Origin: Anaerolineales bacterium
Lineage (GTDB): Bacteria > Chloroflexota > Anaerolineae > Anaerolineales > E44-bin32
Length of the DNA: 64,000 nucleotides
Direction: 5' to 3'
Assembly: GCA_036397095.1 (NCBI GenBank)
Contig: DASWJQ010000099.1
Coordinates: forward strand, 11,728 to 75,727
A program made the position numbers and the translations under genes. Below the pieces are notes generated by a model. It was not told the DNA's origin and made no database searches. It saw nothing but the letters and a program-made list of their open reading frames with translations. Below are positions 24,879 to 34,136 of the stretch, piece by piece (the stretch's first letter is position 1; each line of letters starts with the position of its first letter).

Positions 24879-26980
24879 TCAGGTCTCTAGAACTGGCGAA
24901 TCGAAAAATCGGGATACGGATGCCGGATCCGAACCCTTGACCAGCAGGGTGACCCGGTCATGGCCAAGCAGGCGCGTGTCGCCATGCGGCAATTGCACCT
25001 CGCCGGCCCGCTCGATGCTGACAACCACACAATCGCGCGGCAGACCGAGCCGAGCCAGTTGCTGGCCGGCCGCTGGCGAATCGTCGTCTACCAGCACCAC
25101 GACCAGCTCAGCGTCCGGCTTGGGATCGATCGCTGCCATCAACTTGCCTGGCCGGCGGCGGACGGTGCCGATTTCGTAGGCGCGAATGACGTCATTGCGG
25201 CGCACGATCCCAACCAAATGTGTGGGGTCCCCCGGGCGCCACGACGGGCAGACGGGACAAATCGCGCGGCGCCATGCGCTCCATGGCCAGCCGGACAGTC
25301 TCGCCGGGAAGGGCGGTGACCAGATGCCGGGTAGCGATGTCGCCCACGGTTAGATCCGGCGCCAGCTGCTCATCCGGCCCGGCGCGGCGCAGATCGCTCA
25401 AGGACACAATCCCGACCAGTTTGCCGCTTGCTTGCACGACGGGGTAGGCGTGGCTGTTGGTCGCGAGAAAGCGCGCCGCCAACTCGCTGGCGGGCATGTC
25501 CGGCGGCACGGTCAATGCCGGCGGCCGCATGACCTCGTCCACCCGGACCGAATCCATCACATCGACGTCGCGGCCGCGCACCACGCGGATCCCGCGCCGG
25601 ACAAGCTTGAGCGTGTAGATCGACTCCGGATGAAGGTGCTGGGCAACGACGGTCGCCGTAATCACCGCTGCCATCAAGAGCAGAATAATTCGGTAATCAT
25701 CGGTCATTTCGAACACAATCAGGATGGCGGTCAAAGGCGCGCGCGCGGCCGCGCTAGAAGACGGCGGCCATGCCGACGGCGGCATACGGACCGGGGCCGG
25801 CGGCGATCGTCGGGAACAAACTGCTGGCCAACCAACCGAAAGCCCCGCCCAACATGGCGCCGGCGAACAGGCTAGGGGCGAAGACGCCGCCGGAATTGCC
25901 GGATCCAAGGGTAAAGGACGTGGCCAGCTATTTGAGAAACGCCAGGGCCAACAAGGTGCCAAAGACCAGCTCGCCGTTCAATCCGGCCTCGATCGTGGCA
26001 AAGCCGGCACCGAAGATGCTCGGCAGCTGCCGGCCTGCGCTGCCTGAAATTTCTCCCCCAGGCAGGCCATAGCCGATGGCCGGGACGAACGAGACCAGGG
26101 CCAGCGCCAGACCGCCCAGCAACAGGCCGCCGACGGCTGGTTTGAGGCTCAGTGGAAACCGGGTCCGGTCAAAAGCGTCCTCAAAGGCATACAACAGCCG
26201 AATAAAGGCCAATCCCAATCCGGCGGCCAGCAGGCCCAGCAGCAGGTAGAGCAGGATCTCCCACGGGCTCGTCAAACTGTACTCCGGAATGGCAAAAGCG
26301 GGACCGTCGCCGAGCACCGAGCGCGCCACTACACTGGCAATAACGGAGGCGATCACCACGCCGCCCAGATCACCAATCCGCAGTTCGCCCAGAACCACTT
26401 CGACAGCGAAAATCACGCCGGCAATTGGCGCGTTGAAGGTGGCGGCGATGCCGGCCGCCGCGCCGGCGGCAACCAGCATCCGAACCCGCTCCTCGGAGAA
26501 ACGCAGCAACTGGCCGACCGTTGAACCCAAAGCGGCGCCAACCTGGACGATGGGCCCTTCGCGGCCAGCAGAGCCGCCGCTGCCGATGCAGGCTGCCGAA
26601 GCCAGCAGCTTTGCCAGGGCGACACGGGGACGAATCCGGCCGCCTCGAAGGGCCATCGCTTCCATCACTTCGGGCACCCCGTGTCCCTGCGCCTCGCGCG
26701 CGAAGAAGGCTATGATCGGACCGGCCTGCAACCCGCCGATCACCGGCGCCAGGAGCAGCCAGCTCAGGCCCGGCAGGGGCACCAGAGCCGGAGCGCTGAT
26801 GAACAGCGTCCGTTCAACCAGGGCGATCAGGCCGATGAAAGCCAGGCCACCTACGGCTGTGCCGATGCCGACCAAGCCGGCCACGCCGAACATGACCGCC
26901 ATCTCCGACGGCAGCACCCGGTCAAGCTAGTTGGCCAGCAGTTTGGTTCGTTTGGGTGAGGGTAAGGTTTGCCGGTCCAC
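24879..26980 (-). pseudogene. ClC-type chloride/proton channel with C-terminal CBS pair and TrkA_C domain, disrupted by two in-frame TAG codons and two frameshifts
   Basis: Track ORFs 25928..26917, 25192..25962 and 24879..25217 are consecutive pieces of one ClC protein. Motifs present: GSGGSAGREGP, LGSGNSGGVFAPSLF, RAPLTAILIVFEMT, CBS, TrkA_C. Lesions: TAG at 26927-26929, TAG at 25928-25930, a 1-nt shift near 25754-25760, and a 1-nt shift in the C5 run 25229-25233. Confidence 0.8.
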
Positions 26981-27010
26981 GGCGGGGGATAATAGACCCC
27001 CGGGGGAAAG

Positions 27011-27772
27011 TTAGGCGCCGCTGATCAGATCCGGCAATTGTCCGATGTTGGCGATCACCGGGCAGTCGGCCTCTTCAAAGAGACCCTTGGGATCAACCAG
27101 CACCGGATGCACCCCGGCCGCCCGGGCGCCGCCGACGTCGGCGTAGTAGTTGTCACCGATGTACATGGCGGCCTCGGGCGCTACCCCGGCCAGATCCAGC
27201 GCGTGCTGCAATAAGCGTGGATCCGGCTTCCAGTAGCCCACCTCACCGGCCGCCAGCGCGAATTCGAACTCGTCCGCCAGCCCAAGGTCACCGACCAGAT
27301 CATGCAGAGGACGGTCCCGGTTGGAGACCAGACCCAGCCTTAAACCTTGTTGGCGCAGCCGCTCGAGGCTGGGTATCACGTCCGGCGGCACCTTGTCCAC
27401 CGGTTTGTAGCGCTGGCGCATCGCCTCATTCAATTGGCGGGCCAGCGACTCTGCATCGGCCGGTTCGGCGCCAAGGCGCTCGACGTGACGCCGGGTGAAT
27501 TGCAGCCAAACGTAACCGCGGTCGTCGCCAGCAGCTTCGATGTCCTGGCGCAGGTTGGCCGAATTGGCCCAGTATTCGTGCGTCCAGCGCTCGGCCCGGC
27601 GGAGCGTGGCGGCATCGGGCCGCAATCCGTATTCGCCTGCCAACGCGTAGAAAATCTCCAGACCCGGCGGATCGTTGTGCCGCAACGTTCCGTCCAGATC
27701 GAAGATGATTAACTCGAGATTCGCCCAGCCGTTGCCGGAGGCCGGGCCGTTGGAGGCGGCTGGCGAATTCAT
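27011..27772 (-). CDS. HAD-superfamily hydrolase (phosphoglycolate phosphatase-like)
   Basis: IIFDLDGTL is motif I, GLVSN is motif II, and YIGDNYYADVGGARAAG is motif IV. The start was trimmed to ATG 27772 (ATGA overlap with the moaA stop). Confidence 0.85.
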   Translation of the reverse strand: MNSPAASNGPASGNGWANLELIIFDLDGTLRHNDPPGLEIFYALAGEYGLRPDAATLRRAERWTHEYWANSANLRQDIEAAGDDRGYVWLQFTRRHVERLGAEPADAESLARQLNEAMRQRYKPVDKVPPDVIPSLERLRQQGLRLGLVSNRDRPLHDLVGDLGLADEFEFALAAGEVGYWKPDPRLLQHALDLAGVAPEAAMYIGDNYYADVGGARAAGVHPVLVDPKGLFEEADCPVIANIGQLPDLISGA

Positions 27773-28779
27773 CCGCCGATGAAGTGCATTTCGACCTTGG
27801 GCAGGTCGGCCGTCTGAGCAGTGCGCTCTTCCGAATAGCGATCGGACCGCTTTCGCCAGATCGTGCTGATGGCCGCGATCAGGGATGGGTCGTCCACCTC
27901 CTGGCGCAGCAGCGCCCGCAGATCGTGGCCCTGGCTGGCAAACAGGCAGGTGTACAGTTTGCCATCGGCCGACAGGCGTACGCGTGAGCAGTCGCCGCAA
28001 AAGGGTTGGCTCACAGAGGCGATGATCCCGATTTCGCCGGCGCCGTCCAGGTAGCGGTAGCGGTTGGCCACCTCCCCACGGTAGTTCGGCTTAACCGGCT
28101 CGAGTGGGTAGACACGCTGAATCCTATCGACGATCTGGCGCGCCGGCACGACATCCTCCAGCTGCCAGCCGTTGGTGGTGCCGACATCCATGAATTCGAT
28201 GTAGCGCAGAATCTGGCCCGAATGGCGAAAACGCTCCGCCATCGGCAGGATCTGGTCTTCATTGATGCCACGTTTGACCACCATATTGACCTTGACCGGC
28301 TCAAGACCCGCCTTGACCGCCACGTCAATGGCACTGAGGATCGGTTCCACCTCAAAGCCTACGTCATTCATATCACGGAAGGTGCCGTCGTCCATCGCGT
28401 CCAGGCTGACCGACACTCGGTCGAGGCCGGCGGCCTTCAGGTCTCGAGCGTGTTTTGCCAGCAGGGTCCCGTTGGTCGTCATGGTCAATTCGTCGATGTT
28501 CGGGATTAGCGCGAGCCGCTCAATCAGGCCCAGCAGGCCCGGACGAAGGAGCGGCTCGCCGCCTGTCAACCGCAGCTTGCGCACCCCGAGGCTGGCGAAT
28601 AGCCGACTCAACCGCTCGATCTCATCGAACGAGAGCAGCTCTTGCTGACTCAGAAACTGGTAGCCGGGACCGAAGATTTCCTTGGGCATGCAGTAGGTGC
28701 AGCGGAAATTGCATCGGTCGGTTACCGAGATGCGCAGATCTTGGATTGGTCTTCCGAGGGTATCGTGTACCGGTTCCAT
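27769..28779 (-). CDS. moaA: GTP 3',8-cyclase (molybdenum cofactor biosynthesis protein A)
   Basis: LRISVTDRCNFRCTYCMP is the radical-SAM CxxxCxxC cluster, and the C-terminus contains FCGDCSRVRLSADGKLYTCLF. The start was trimmed to ATG 28779. Confidence 0.9.
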   Translation of the reverse strand: MEPVHDTLGRPIQDLRISVTDRCNFRCTYCMPKEIFGPGYQFLSQQELLSFDEIERLSRLFASLGVRKLRLTGGEPLLRPGLLGLIERLALIPNIDELTMTTNGTLLAKHARDLKAAGLDRVSVSLDAMDDGTFRDMNDVGFEVEPILSAIDVAVKAGLEPVKVNMVVKRGINEDQILPMAERFRHSGQILRYIEFMDVGTTNGWQLEDVVPARQIVDRIQRVYPLEPVKPNYRGEVANRYRYLDGAGEIGIIASVSQPFCGDCSRVRLSADGKLYTCLFASQGHDLRALLRQEVDDPSLIAAISTIWRKRSDRYSEERTAQTADLPKVEMHFIGG

Positions 28780-28862
28780 GTCCGTACCGCCCGAACCGAC
28801 GGAACCTACCAACAAAAGGCGGGCTTAGCCGCTCCGAACTTGATCCGTCGTGGGGTGTCTGC

Positions 28863-28871
28863 ATTCTAGCA
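28863..28871 (-). promoter_or_regulatory. Extended -10 element TGcTAGAAT upstream of moaA
   Basis: Read on the minus strand about 85 nt upstream of the moaA ATG. Confidence 0.35.
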
Positions 28872-28919
28872 CAGCGGATTGGCCCTCGGCATGATTGACG
28901 GGGTCCGGGCCCGGCTCAC

Positions 28920-28927
28920 TGTATAAT
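28920..28927 (+). promoter_or_regulatory. Extended -10 element TGtATAAT upstream of the DUF1232-like gene
   Basis: Read on the plus strand 26 nt before ATG 28953. It argues against the track start at 28926. Confidence 0.4.
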
Positions 28928-28952
28928 GCGGCAACTTGACGATGAGGTTGCC

Positions 28953-29291
28953 ATGAACGAAGATCCTTCCCGCTCCCTTGTGCCCCGCCCTGGTGGCGTC
29001 TTTGACTCGATCGGTCAGCGCCTGAAGCTGCTCGTGCGGCTACTCAAAGACCGTCGCGTCAACCCGCTGATCAAATTGCTGCCGATCGGCTCGTTGCTGT
29101 ATTTGTTGATCCCCGACCTGGCTCCGGGACCGATCGACGATGCTGCCATCCTATGGATCGGCTCCTATTTATTCGTTGAGCTGTGCCCCGATGAGGTGGT
29201 GGCCGAACACCAACGCGAGCTGGCCTCGACGATCGATGGCGAGTGGCGCGAACTGGGCGAAGACAGCGAGGAAGAGCCGCTGGAAGGCTAG
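28953..29291 (+). CDS. Small membrane protein, DUF1232/YkvA-like
   Basis: LIPDLAPGPIDDAAILW resembles the DUF1232 motif (D-x-IP-x-IG-x-DD). GAGG RBS. Acidic C-terminal tail. Confidence 0.5.
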   Translation: MNEDPSRSLVPRPGGVFDSIGQRLKLLVRLLKDRRVNPLIKLLPIGSLLYLLIPDLAPGPIDDAAILWIGSYLFVELCPDEVVAEHQRELASTIDGEWRELGEDSEEEPLEG

Positions 29292-29313
29292 CTCGGAAGG
29301 GTAGGCCGCACGG

Positions 29314-30261
29314 CTAAGGGATTGGACTTGGGCTGGCGGTCGGCGCTGTCGTTTCGACGGCACTGGTCGGGCTGGCCGGCACGGTGGGGGACGGTGTGGA
29401 CGTCATCGTAGGCGTGGCTGTCATCACACCGGACACGCCCCAAATCCGGGTCACAACCTGCCCTAGGTCGCCCAACCGCCCCTGGTCTTCTCCATTGAAG
29501 ACAACCCGCAGGCCTGCGCCATTGCCCGTCAGAACACGGATCAGTTCGGTCGCCTGAAACTCCAGGATTTCGCCGGGCGCGGCCCGCCCTTGGTAGGCAA
29601 TCTCGCCATCTACTTCTACCTCAACCCACGACCTGCGCTCGACCAACAACCGCAAGTTGGCGCCCTCGGTGGGCTGGCCCAGCCCCGTCAGCTCGGGCGG
29701 CAGCGTGCCCTCCGGCGTGGCCGATGGCTCGGTCACCGGCCCACCGGCCCCGGCCAGTGTTGGGGCAGGCAGTGGGGTCTCGCTTGCCGTCGCTGACGGG
29801 CTGCTGAGCACGAGCAGTCCGGCTGGTTGCTGCTCCTGGCTGCTGGCTTCAAGGCTGGCCATCACGCGGGTGACGCCCCACACCACGACGAACAACACGG
29901 CCAGCGTGATGCCGCCGGCCACCAACAAGTCGGATGACAGCCAGCGCAACCGGCCGCCGCTGACTTGCACAGAAGGTTGAGACGGAGGGTTGAGATCAGC
30001 CGGCCGCCGGCTCCAACGCCCGATTCGAACGGTACGGCCGCCATCGTAGGCGGCCACAATCTCATCGGCGTCCAGCCCCAGATAGTCGGCATAATTCTTG
30101 AGGAAGCCGCGCGCCTGCACAGCCGACGGCAACATCTCCAGTTCGCCGCGTTCGAGGGCTTCCAGGTAGCGTTGTCGGATCTTGGTGGCGCGCTCGGCTT
30201 CCTGGTGGGTGAGGCCCAGCTTCTCGCGCGTTTCGCGCAGAAGTCGGCCTAAATCTTCCAT
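29314..30261 (-). CDS. rodZ: RodZ-like cytoskeletal protein (HTH, TM segment and DUF4115)
   Basis: N-terminal XRE-type HTH (LRETREKLGLTHQEAERATKIRQRYLEALE), a single TM segment, a Pro/Thr-rich linker, and a C-terminal SWVEVEVDGE...VFNGEDQG. Confidence 0.8.
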   Translation of the reverse strand: MEDLGRLLRETREKLGLTHQEAERATKIRQRYLEALERGELEMLPSAVQARGFLKNYADYLGLDADEIVAAYDGGRTVRIGRWSRRPADLNPPSQPSVQVSGGRLRWLSSDLLVAGGITLAVLFVVVWGVTRVMASLEASSQEQQPAGLLVLSSPSATASETPLPAPTLAGAGGPVTEPSATPEGTLPPELTGLGQPTEGANLRLLVERRSWVEVEVDGEIAYQGRAAPGEILEFQATELIRVLTGNGAGLRVVFNGEDQGRLGDLGQVVTRIWGVSGVMTATPTMTSTPSPTVPASPTSAVETTAPTASPSPIP

Positions 30262-30295
30262 GGTCAGGTAGGGGATCGTCGCTGGACGGCGGGGC

Positions 30296-30934
30296 TTAGC
30301 CCTCGTCGGGCTCAGCCTCCAGCTCGGCTTCGCGCTCCTCGGCTTGCAGTTCTTCCGCCAGTGTGGGCCGCTCGGTGGCGGCCTCCTGCCCTTCGGCTTC
30401 GGCTTCTTCGGCCAATTCTTCCTTCAGCCCGGCGAAGGACTCGGTTTCCTCGGCCTCTTCTTCGATCTCGTACGCCGATTCGGCTGGCTCGCCTTCCCGG
30501 TGCACCAGAATGGTGACCTCGGGGATCAGGTCAATCGTCAGACGAACGCCAGCTTGGTGAACGCCGAGTGCCCTGATCGGTTCACTCTCGATCGTGCGCT
30601 TGTCGATTGACGTACCGAGCTCGGCTTCAATGGCTTCGGCGATCATCGCCGTCGTCACCGAACCGTACAGCTTGCCGGTCTCACCTGCCTTCATCGGAAA
30701 GGCCACCGTCAGTTGGCCAATGGTCTCGGCCACCGAGCCAAGCTCTTCGTTGAGCCGCTTGCGTTCGGTCTCGGCCGTTTGACGAATGCGGTCGGCTTGG
30801 CCCATGGCCCCCTTGGTCGCCATCACCGCCAGTCCCTGCGGCAGTAGGTAGTTGCGGCCATAGCCGTCGGCTACCTTCTTGACTTCGCCGGCCCGGCCCA
30901 GCTTGTAAACGTCCTTGAGCAGCAACACTTTCAT
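30296..30934 (-). CDS. rplI: 50S ribosomal protein L9 with an acidic C-terminal extension of about 60 aa
   Basis: [36 protein letters not shown] is canonical L9. The tail is Glu/Ala-rich. Confidence 0.9.
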   Translation of the reverse strand: MKVLLLKDVYKLGRAGEVKKVADGYGRNYLLPQGLAVMATKGAMGQADRIRQTAETERKRLNEELGSVAETIGQLTVAFPMKAGETGKLYGSVTTAMIAEAIEAELGTSIDKRTIESEPIRALGVHQAGVRLTIDLIPEVTILVHREGEPAESAYEIEEEAEETESFAGLKEELAEEAEAEGQEAATERPTLAEELQAEEREAELEAEPDEG

Positions 30935-31017
30935 GGTTCATCAAGCCCTTTCATGCTGATTTGAGCACCGCCACCGGCGCTCAGGGGCGAAGGGTACAAC
31001 GCCCCACGTAATCATTG

Positions 31018-31026
31018 ATTCTACCA
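31018..31026 (-). promoter_or_regulatory. Extended -10 element TGgTAGAAT upstream of rplI
   Basis: Read on the minus strand about 85 nt upstream of the rplI ATG. Confidence 0.35.
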
Positions 31027-31043
31027 GACCGGCCTGACCGTGG

Positions 31044-31526
31044 TCAAAGCTCGTTGCCGGCGGCTGCCTTCTCCATCACCAGACCATCTTCGCCGTCGTA
31101 GTAATAGTTCGGCCACACGTCAACTTCCAAGTAGCCAGAGCGACGGTAAAGGTGCAGCGCCGCCCGGTTCGACCGGCGCAAAGTGAGGCGAAAGATCGAA
31201 GTCCCCAACTTGGACTCGGCGACGCGCATCAGTTCGGAGGCGATACCTTGACGCCGATGGTCCGGGTTGACTGCGATTGAGGCAATCCAGCCGATTCCCT
31301 TTCCTCGCCGGTCACCGATCACGTAGCCGACGATCTCGCTGCCAACCAGAGCCTTCCAGCGAATGGCGCCCGGCGCCGTCAGGGCGGCCAGGTAATCGAG
31401 CCAAGGCCAAGCGTCGGCGTCAAAGCAGCGGCGCCCAAGGCTGTGGATGGCGAAGACGTCACGCCAACTGGCCTCGTGGATCTCAAGCTGACCGTCCGGG
31501 ATCGCCGCTTTCAACGTTGCCTGCAT
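31044..31526 (-). CDS. GNAT-family N-acetyltransferase (RimI-like)
   Basis: 160 aa. RRQGIASELM is the acetyl-CoA Q/RxxGxG/A motif, and YRRSGYLEV is also present. Confidence 0.8.
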   Translation of the reverse strand: MQATLKAAIPDGQLEIHEASWRDVFAIHSLGRRCFDADAWPWLDYLAALTAPGAIRWKALVGSEIVGYVIGDRRGKGIGWIASIAVNPDHRRQGIASELMRVAESKLGTSIFRLTLRRSNRAALHLYRRSGYLEVDVWPNYYYDGEDGLVMEKAAAGNEL

Positions 31527-31604
31527 CGCTTCACTCGTCGGCCCTCGGGTCGTCGGCCGCCAAAGGCACCGATGGTATCATAGCGGCGGCCTGCGGCCAT
31601 ACTG

Positions 31605-32339
31605 ATGACCAACCTGTTTCCGCTCTTCCTAGGACTTGGCCTGGCGGCCGCCATGCTGTGGGCGGTCACGACCAAGGGCCGCCAAGCAGCTGGATCGGCC
31701 TCACTGGCGAGCAATGTAGTTCTGTTGGAAGCAGTGGTCGCCAGCAGCACGGCAGGATTGTTGGTCGCCAGACTCTTCTACGTGATTCTGCATTGGCCAC
31801 TGTATGCCGAAGCCCCCTGGCAGGGCCTATGGCTCTGGCGCGGCGGCCTGACGGGTTGGGCGGCGGTGATCGGCGCAGCACTTGGGTTGAGCGGCTATGC
31901 AAAGCTGCGCCGGTTGGACGCCTGGCAGCTGGCGGATCTGCTGATCGGGCCCGGCCTGCTCGTCAGCTTTGGCCTGTGGTTGGGCTGCCTGTCGGAGGGC
32001 TGCGCCTACGGGCGCCGGTTGGCGGCACCCTGGGGTTGGCCGGCCCCAGATCTTGCCGGGAACGTGCAGCCGCGTTGGCCGACCCAGGCGTTTGGGGCAC
32101 TCAGTGCCGCTGTCATGCTGATTCCGCTCCATCGGCTGCTGACCACTTTCCGGCTGCGACCGGGCGCCGTAGCCGGCCTGGGAATGGCAGCGCTGGCCCT
32201 GACCAACTTTGGGATCAGCCTGGTGCGGGCCGACCCGGCGCCCTACTTGGGCTTGGTCCGCGTCCAGACACTCGCCTGGGGATTGCTCACCTTGACCGCA
32301 TTGATCCTCACGTTCATTCGTTGGAGACCCACCCAGTGA
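31605..32339 (+). CDS. Prolipoprotein diacylglyceryl transferase (Lgt) family membrane protein, divergent
   Basis: WRGGLTGWAAVIG and RWPTQAFGAL resemble the Lgt GGL and HPTQLYE motifs. The RIGNF motif is not conserved. Confidence 0.6.
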   Translation: MTNLFPLFLGLGLAAAMLWAVTTKGRQAAGSASLASNVVLLEAVVASSTAGLLVARLFYVILHWPLYAEAPWQGLWLWRGGLTGWAAVIGAALGLSGYAKLRRLDAWQLADLLIGPGLLVSFGLWLGCLSEGCAYGRRLAAPWGWPAPDLAGNVQPRWPTQAFGALSAAVMLIPLHRLLTTFRLRPGAVAGLGMAALALTNFGISLVRADPAPYLGLVRVQTLAWGLLTLTALILTFIRWRPTQ

Positions 32340-33220
32340 CACATTGCAGACTGGCCCTGGTGCAGATGGATACCGTGCTCGGCGATGTCGAGGCCAATCT
32401 TGCCCGGCACCTCAACTGGATCGAACAGGCCAGCGAGCAGCGGGCCGATATTCTGGTTTTTCCGGAGCTCTCCCTGACAGGCTACCGGTTGATGGATCTG
32501 GTGCCGGACGTAGCCCGCCAACCCCACCCCGATGATCCGGCCTTCGGCCCGCTCTTCGAAGCCAGCCGTCAGCTCGACTTGGTCGTCAGCTTTGTCGAGG
32601 AGGACCCGCGCCACCGCTACTATGTCTCCGCCGCCTACCTGTCCGGCGGCGAACTCGTACACCTGCACCGCAAGGTCTACTTGCCAACCTACGGTCTCTT
32701 CGAGGAAGGTCGTTTCCTGGATTGGGGGGACCAAATTCGGGCCTTCGATACACGCTTCGGCCGGCTCGGTCTGCTGATTTGCGAAGACTTCTGGCACGTC
32801 TCGCCCCCCTACTTGCTGTGGCTGGATGGGGCAGAGTTGATGATCTTCATGTCAGCCTCCCCCTCGCGGGGCTTGTCTCAAGCCGACCAGCTTGGTTCGG
32901 CCGTTTGGGTCGAGCGGGTCAACCAGACCTACGCCAGCCTGTTCACGACGTTTGTGGCCCACACCAACCGGGTCGGCTACGAAGATAGCCTGCGGCTGGG
33001 TGGCCGGGCGACCGTGTTCGACCCCGATGGCGAGCTTGTCGCCAGTGGGCCCCAAGAAGGGGAAGGGCTGTGCCTGGTCGAGCTGGATTTGGCCCAGGTT
33101 CGGCGGACCCGGCTGCGCTTGCCTTTGCTGCGCGACGAACGCGCCGACTGGGTCCGCCGCCAGCTCGATCACATTTTGGGCGAGCCCGGCAGTTGGCAGC
33201 CCGAGGAGCCCGACGCGTGA
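32336..33220 (+). CDS. Carbon-nitrogen hydrolase (nitrilase-superfamily) protein, probable glutaminase subunit of NAD synthetase
   Basis: VFPELSLTGY carries the catalytic Glu, HRKVYLP the Lys, and LLICEDFWH the Cys. The GTG 32336 start overlaps the upstream stop (GTGA). The track ORF 31277..33220 was trimmed. Confidence 0.85.
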   Translation: MTHCRLALVQMDTVLGDVEANLARHLNWIEQASEQRADILVFPELSLTGYRLMDLVPDVARQPHPDDPAFGPLFEASRQLDLVVSFVEEDPRHRYYVSAAYLSGGELVHLHRKVYLPTYGLFEEGRFLDWGDQIRAFDTRFGRLGLLICEDFWHVSPPYLLWLDGAELMIFMSASPSRGLSQADQLGSAVWVERVNQTYASLFTTFVAHTNRVGYEDSLRLGGRATVFDPDGELVASGPQEGEGLCLVELDLAQVRRTRLRLPLLRDERADWVRRQLDHILGEPGSWQPEEPDA

Positions 33221-34062
33221 CCGGCCCGCTGGCATGGATCGACGCTCGACTGGCGATCAATCCCGAGCTGGCTGATCGCGTCTTGACCGGGTTCATTGGC
33301 AACGAACTGGGCCGCTATGGCTTCGAGCGGGCCGTTGTCGGGTTGTCGGGCGGCATCGACTCGGCCGTTGCCTGCATACTTTCGGCCCGCGCTCTCGGCC
33401 CGAAAAATGTCCTGGCCGTGCGCATGCCCTATCGCACCTCCTCCCCCGAGTCACTGGAGCACGCTGGGCTGGTTATCGAAAAATGGGGAATCCAAGAACT
33501 TACGGTCGACATCACCGACCTCGTCGATCCCTTGTTTGATCGATTCCAAGATATGGATCAGGTCCGCCGGGGCAATGTGATGGCCCGGGCCCGCATGATC
33601 GTGCTTTACGACCAGTCCGCCGCTTTCCGGGGATTGGTCATGGGTACCGGCAACAAGACTGAGCTGCTGCTGGGCTACACGACCCTGTACGGCGATTCGG
33701 CCTGTGCCATCAACCCCAACGGGGACCTTTACAAGACCCAGCTGCGCCAATTGGCGGCCTGGCTTGGGGTTCCCGCACCCATCATCGCCAAGCCGCCTTC
33801 AGCCGATCTTTGGCAAGGCCAGACCGACGAGGGCGAATTGGGTTTCACCTACGAGCAGGTGGACCGACTGCTGTATTTGCTTGTCGATGAACGCTACACC
33901 CCCGAGGATTGTCTGGCGGCCGGCTTCGACGAATCATTCGTGCGGCAGGTGTTGGCCCGCGTGCGGGCGACGCATTACAAACGCGTGCTCCCCCCGATTG
34001 CCAAGCTTAGCAACCGAACCGTGGGCGTCGACTTCCTCTATCCGCGCGATTGGGGCACCTGA
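33217..34062 (+). CDS. nadE: NAD+ synthetase (ATP-pyrophosphatase domain)
   Basis: VVGLSGGIDSAV is the PP-loop (SGGxDS), and MGTGNKTELLLGYTTLYGD also matches. The GTG 33217 start overlaps the upstream stop. Confidence 0.9.
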   Translation: MTGPLAWIDARLAINPELADRVLTGFIGNELGRYGFERAVVGLSGGIDSAVACILSARALGPKNVLAVRMPYRTSSPESLEHAGLVIEKWGIQELTVDITDLVDPLFDRFQDMDQVRRGNVMARARMIVLYDQSAAFRGLVMGTGNKTELLLGYTTLYGDSACAINPNGDLYKTQLRQLAAWLGVPAPIIAKPPSADLWQGQTDEGELGFTYEQVDRLLYLLVDERYTPEDCLAAGFDESFVRQVLARVRATHYKRVLPPIAKLSNRTVGVDFLYPRDWGT

Positions 34063-34136
34063 CTGTCGGCAATTGCCCACTGCACCAAGCGGATGTACAG
34101 TTGCATTGATGGCTTGAGTATCTCCCCGAGGCAACC

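Noticed and set aside
25928-26929. In-frame TAG codons in the ClC gene interpreted as pyrrolysine or programmed read-through.
   Set aside because: The same gene also has two frameshifts. No other gene in the window uses internal TAG, and no pyl genes are present here. Simple decay or assembly error is more parsimonious.
28780-28871. Molybdenum cofactor riboswitch upstream of moaA.
   Set aside because: The leader from the candidate -10 element to the ATG is only about 85 nt. It lacks the conserved Moco-motif blocks as far as I can recall them, and only a weak hairpin followed by TTTTGTT is present.
29995-30075. GTTCGAATC (T-loop-like) strings checked as possible tRNA or tRNA-Sec genes near selA and elsewhere.
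   Set aside because: The matches lie inside well-supported coding sequence (RodZ, the FAD oxidoreductase). They lack acceptor, D and anticodon arm complementarity, and I found no tRNA-like cloverleaf in any intergenic region.
31277-33220. Very long N-terminal extensions in track ORFs. Examples: 31277..33220, 3801..6041, 6789..8498, 27011..28000, 12952..13809, 33070..34062, 38288..40309.
   Set aside because: The extensions overlap upstream genes and are compositionally Arg/Pro-rich. Internal ATG, GTG or TTG starts give canonical N-termini, RBS motifs and ATGA/GTGA coupling, so the coordinates were trimmed accordingly.
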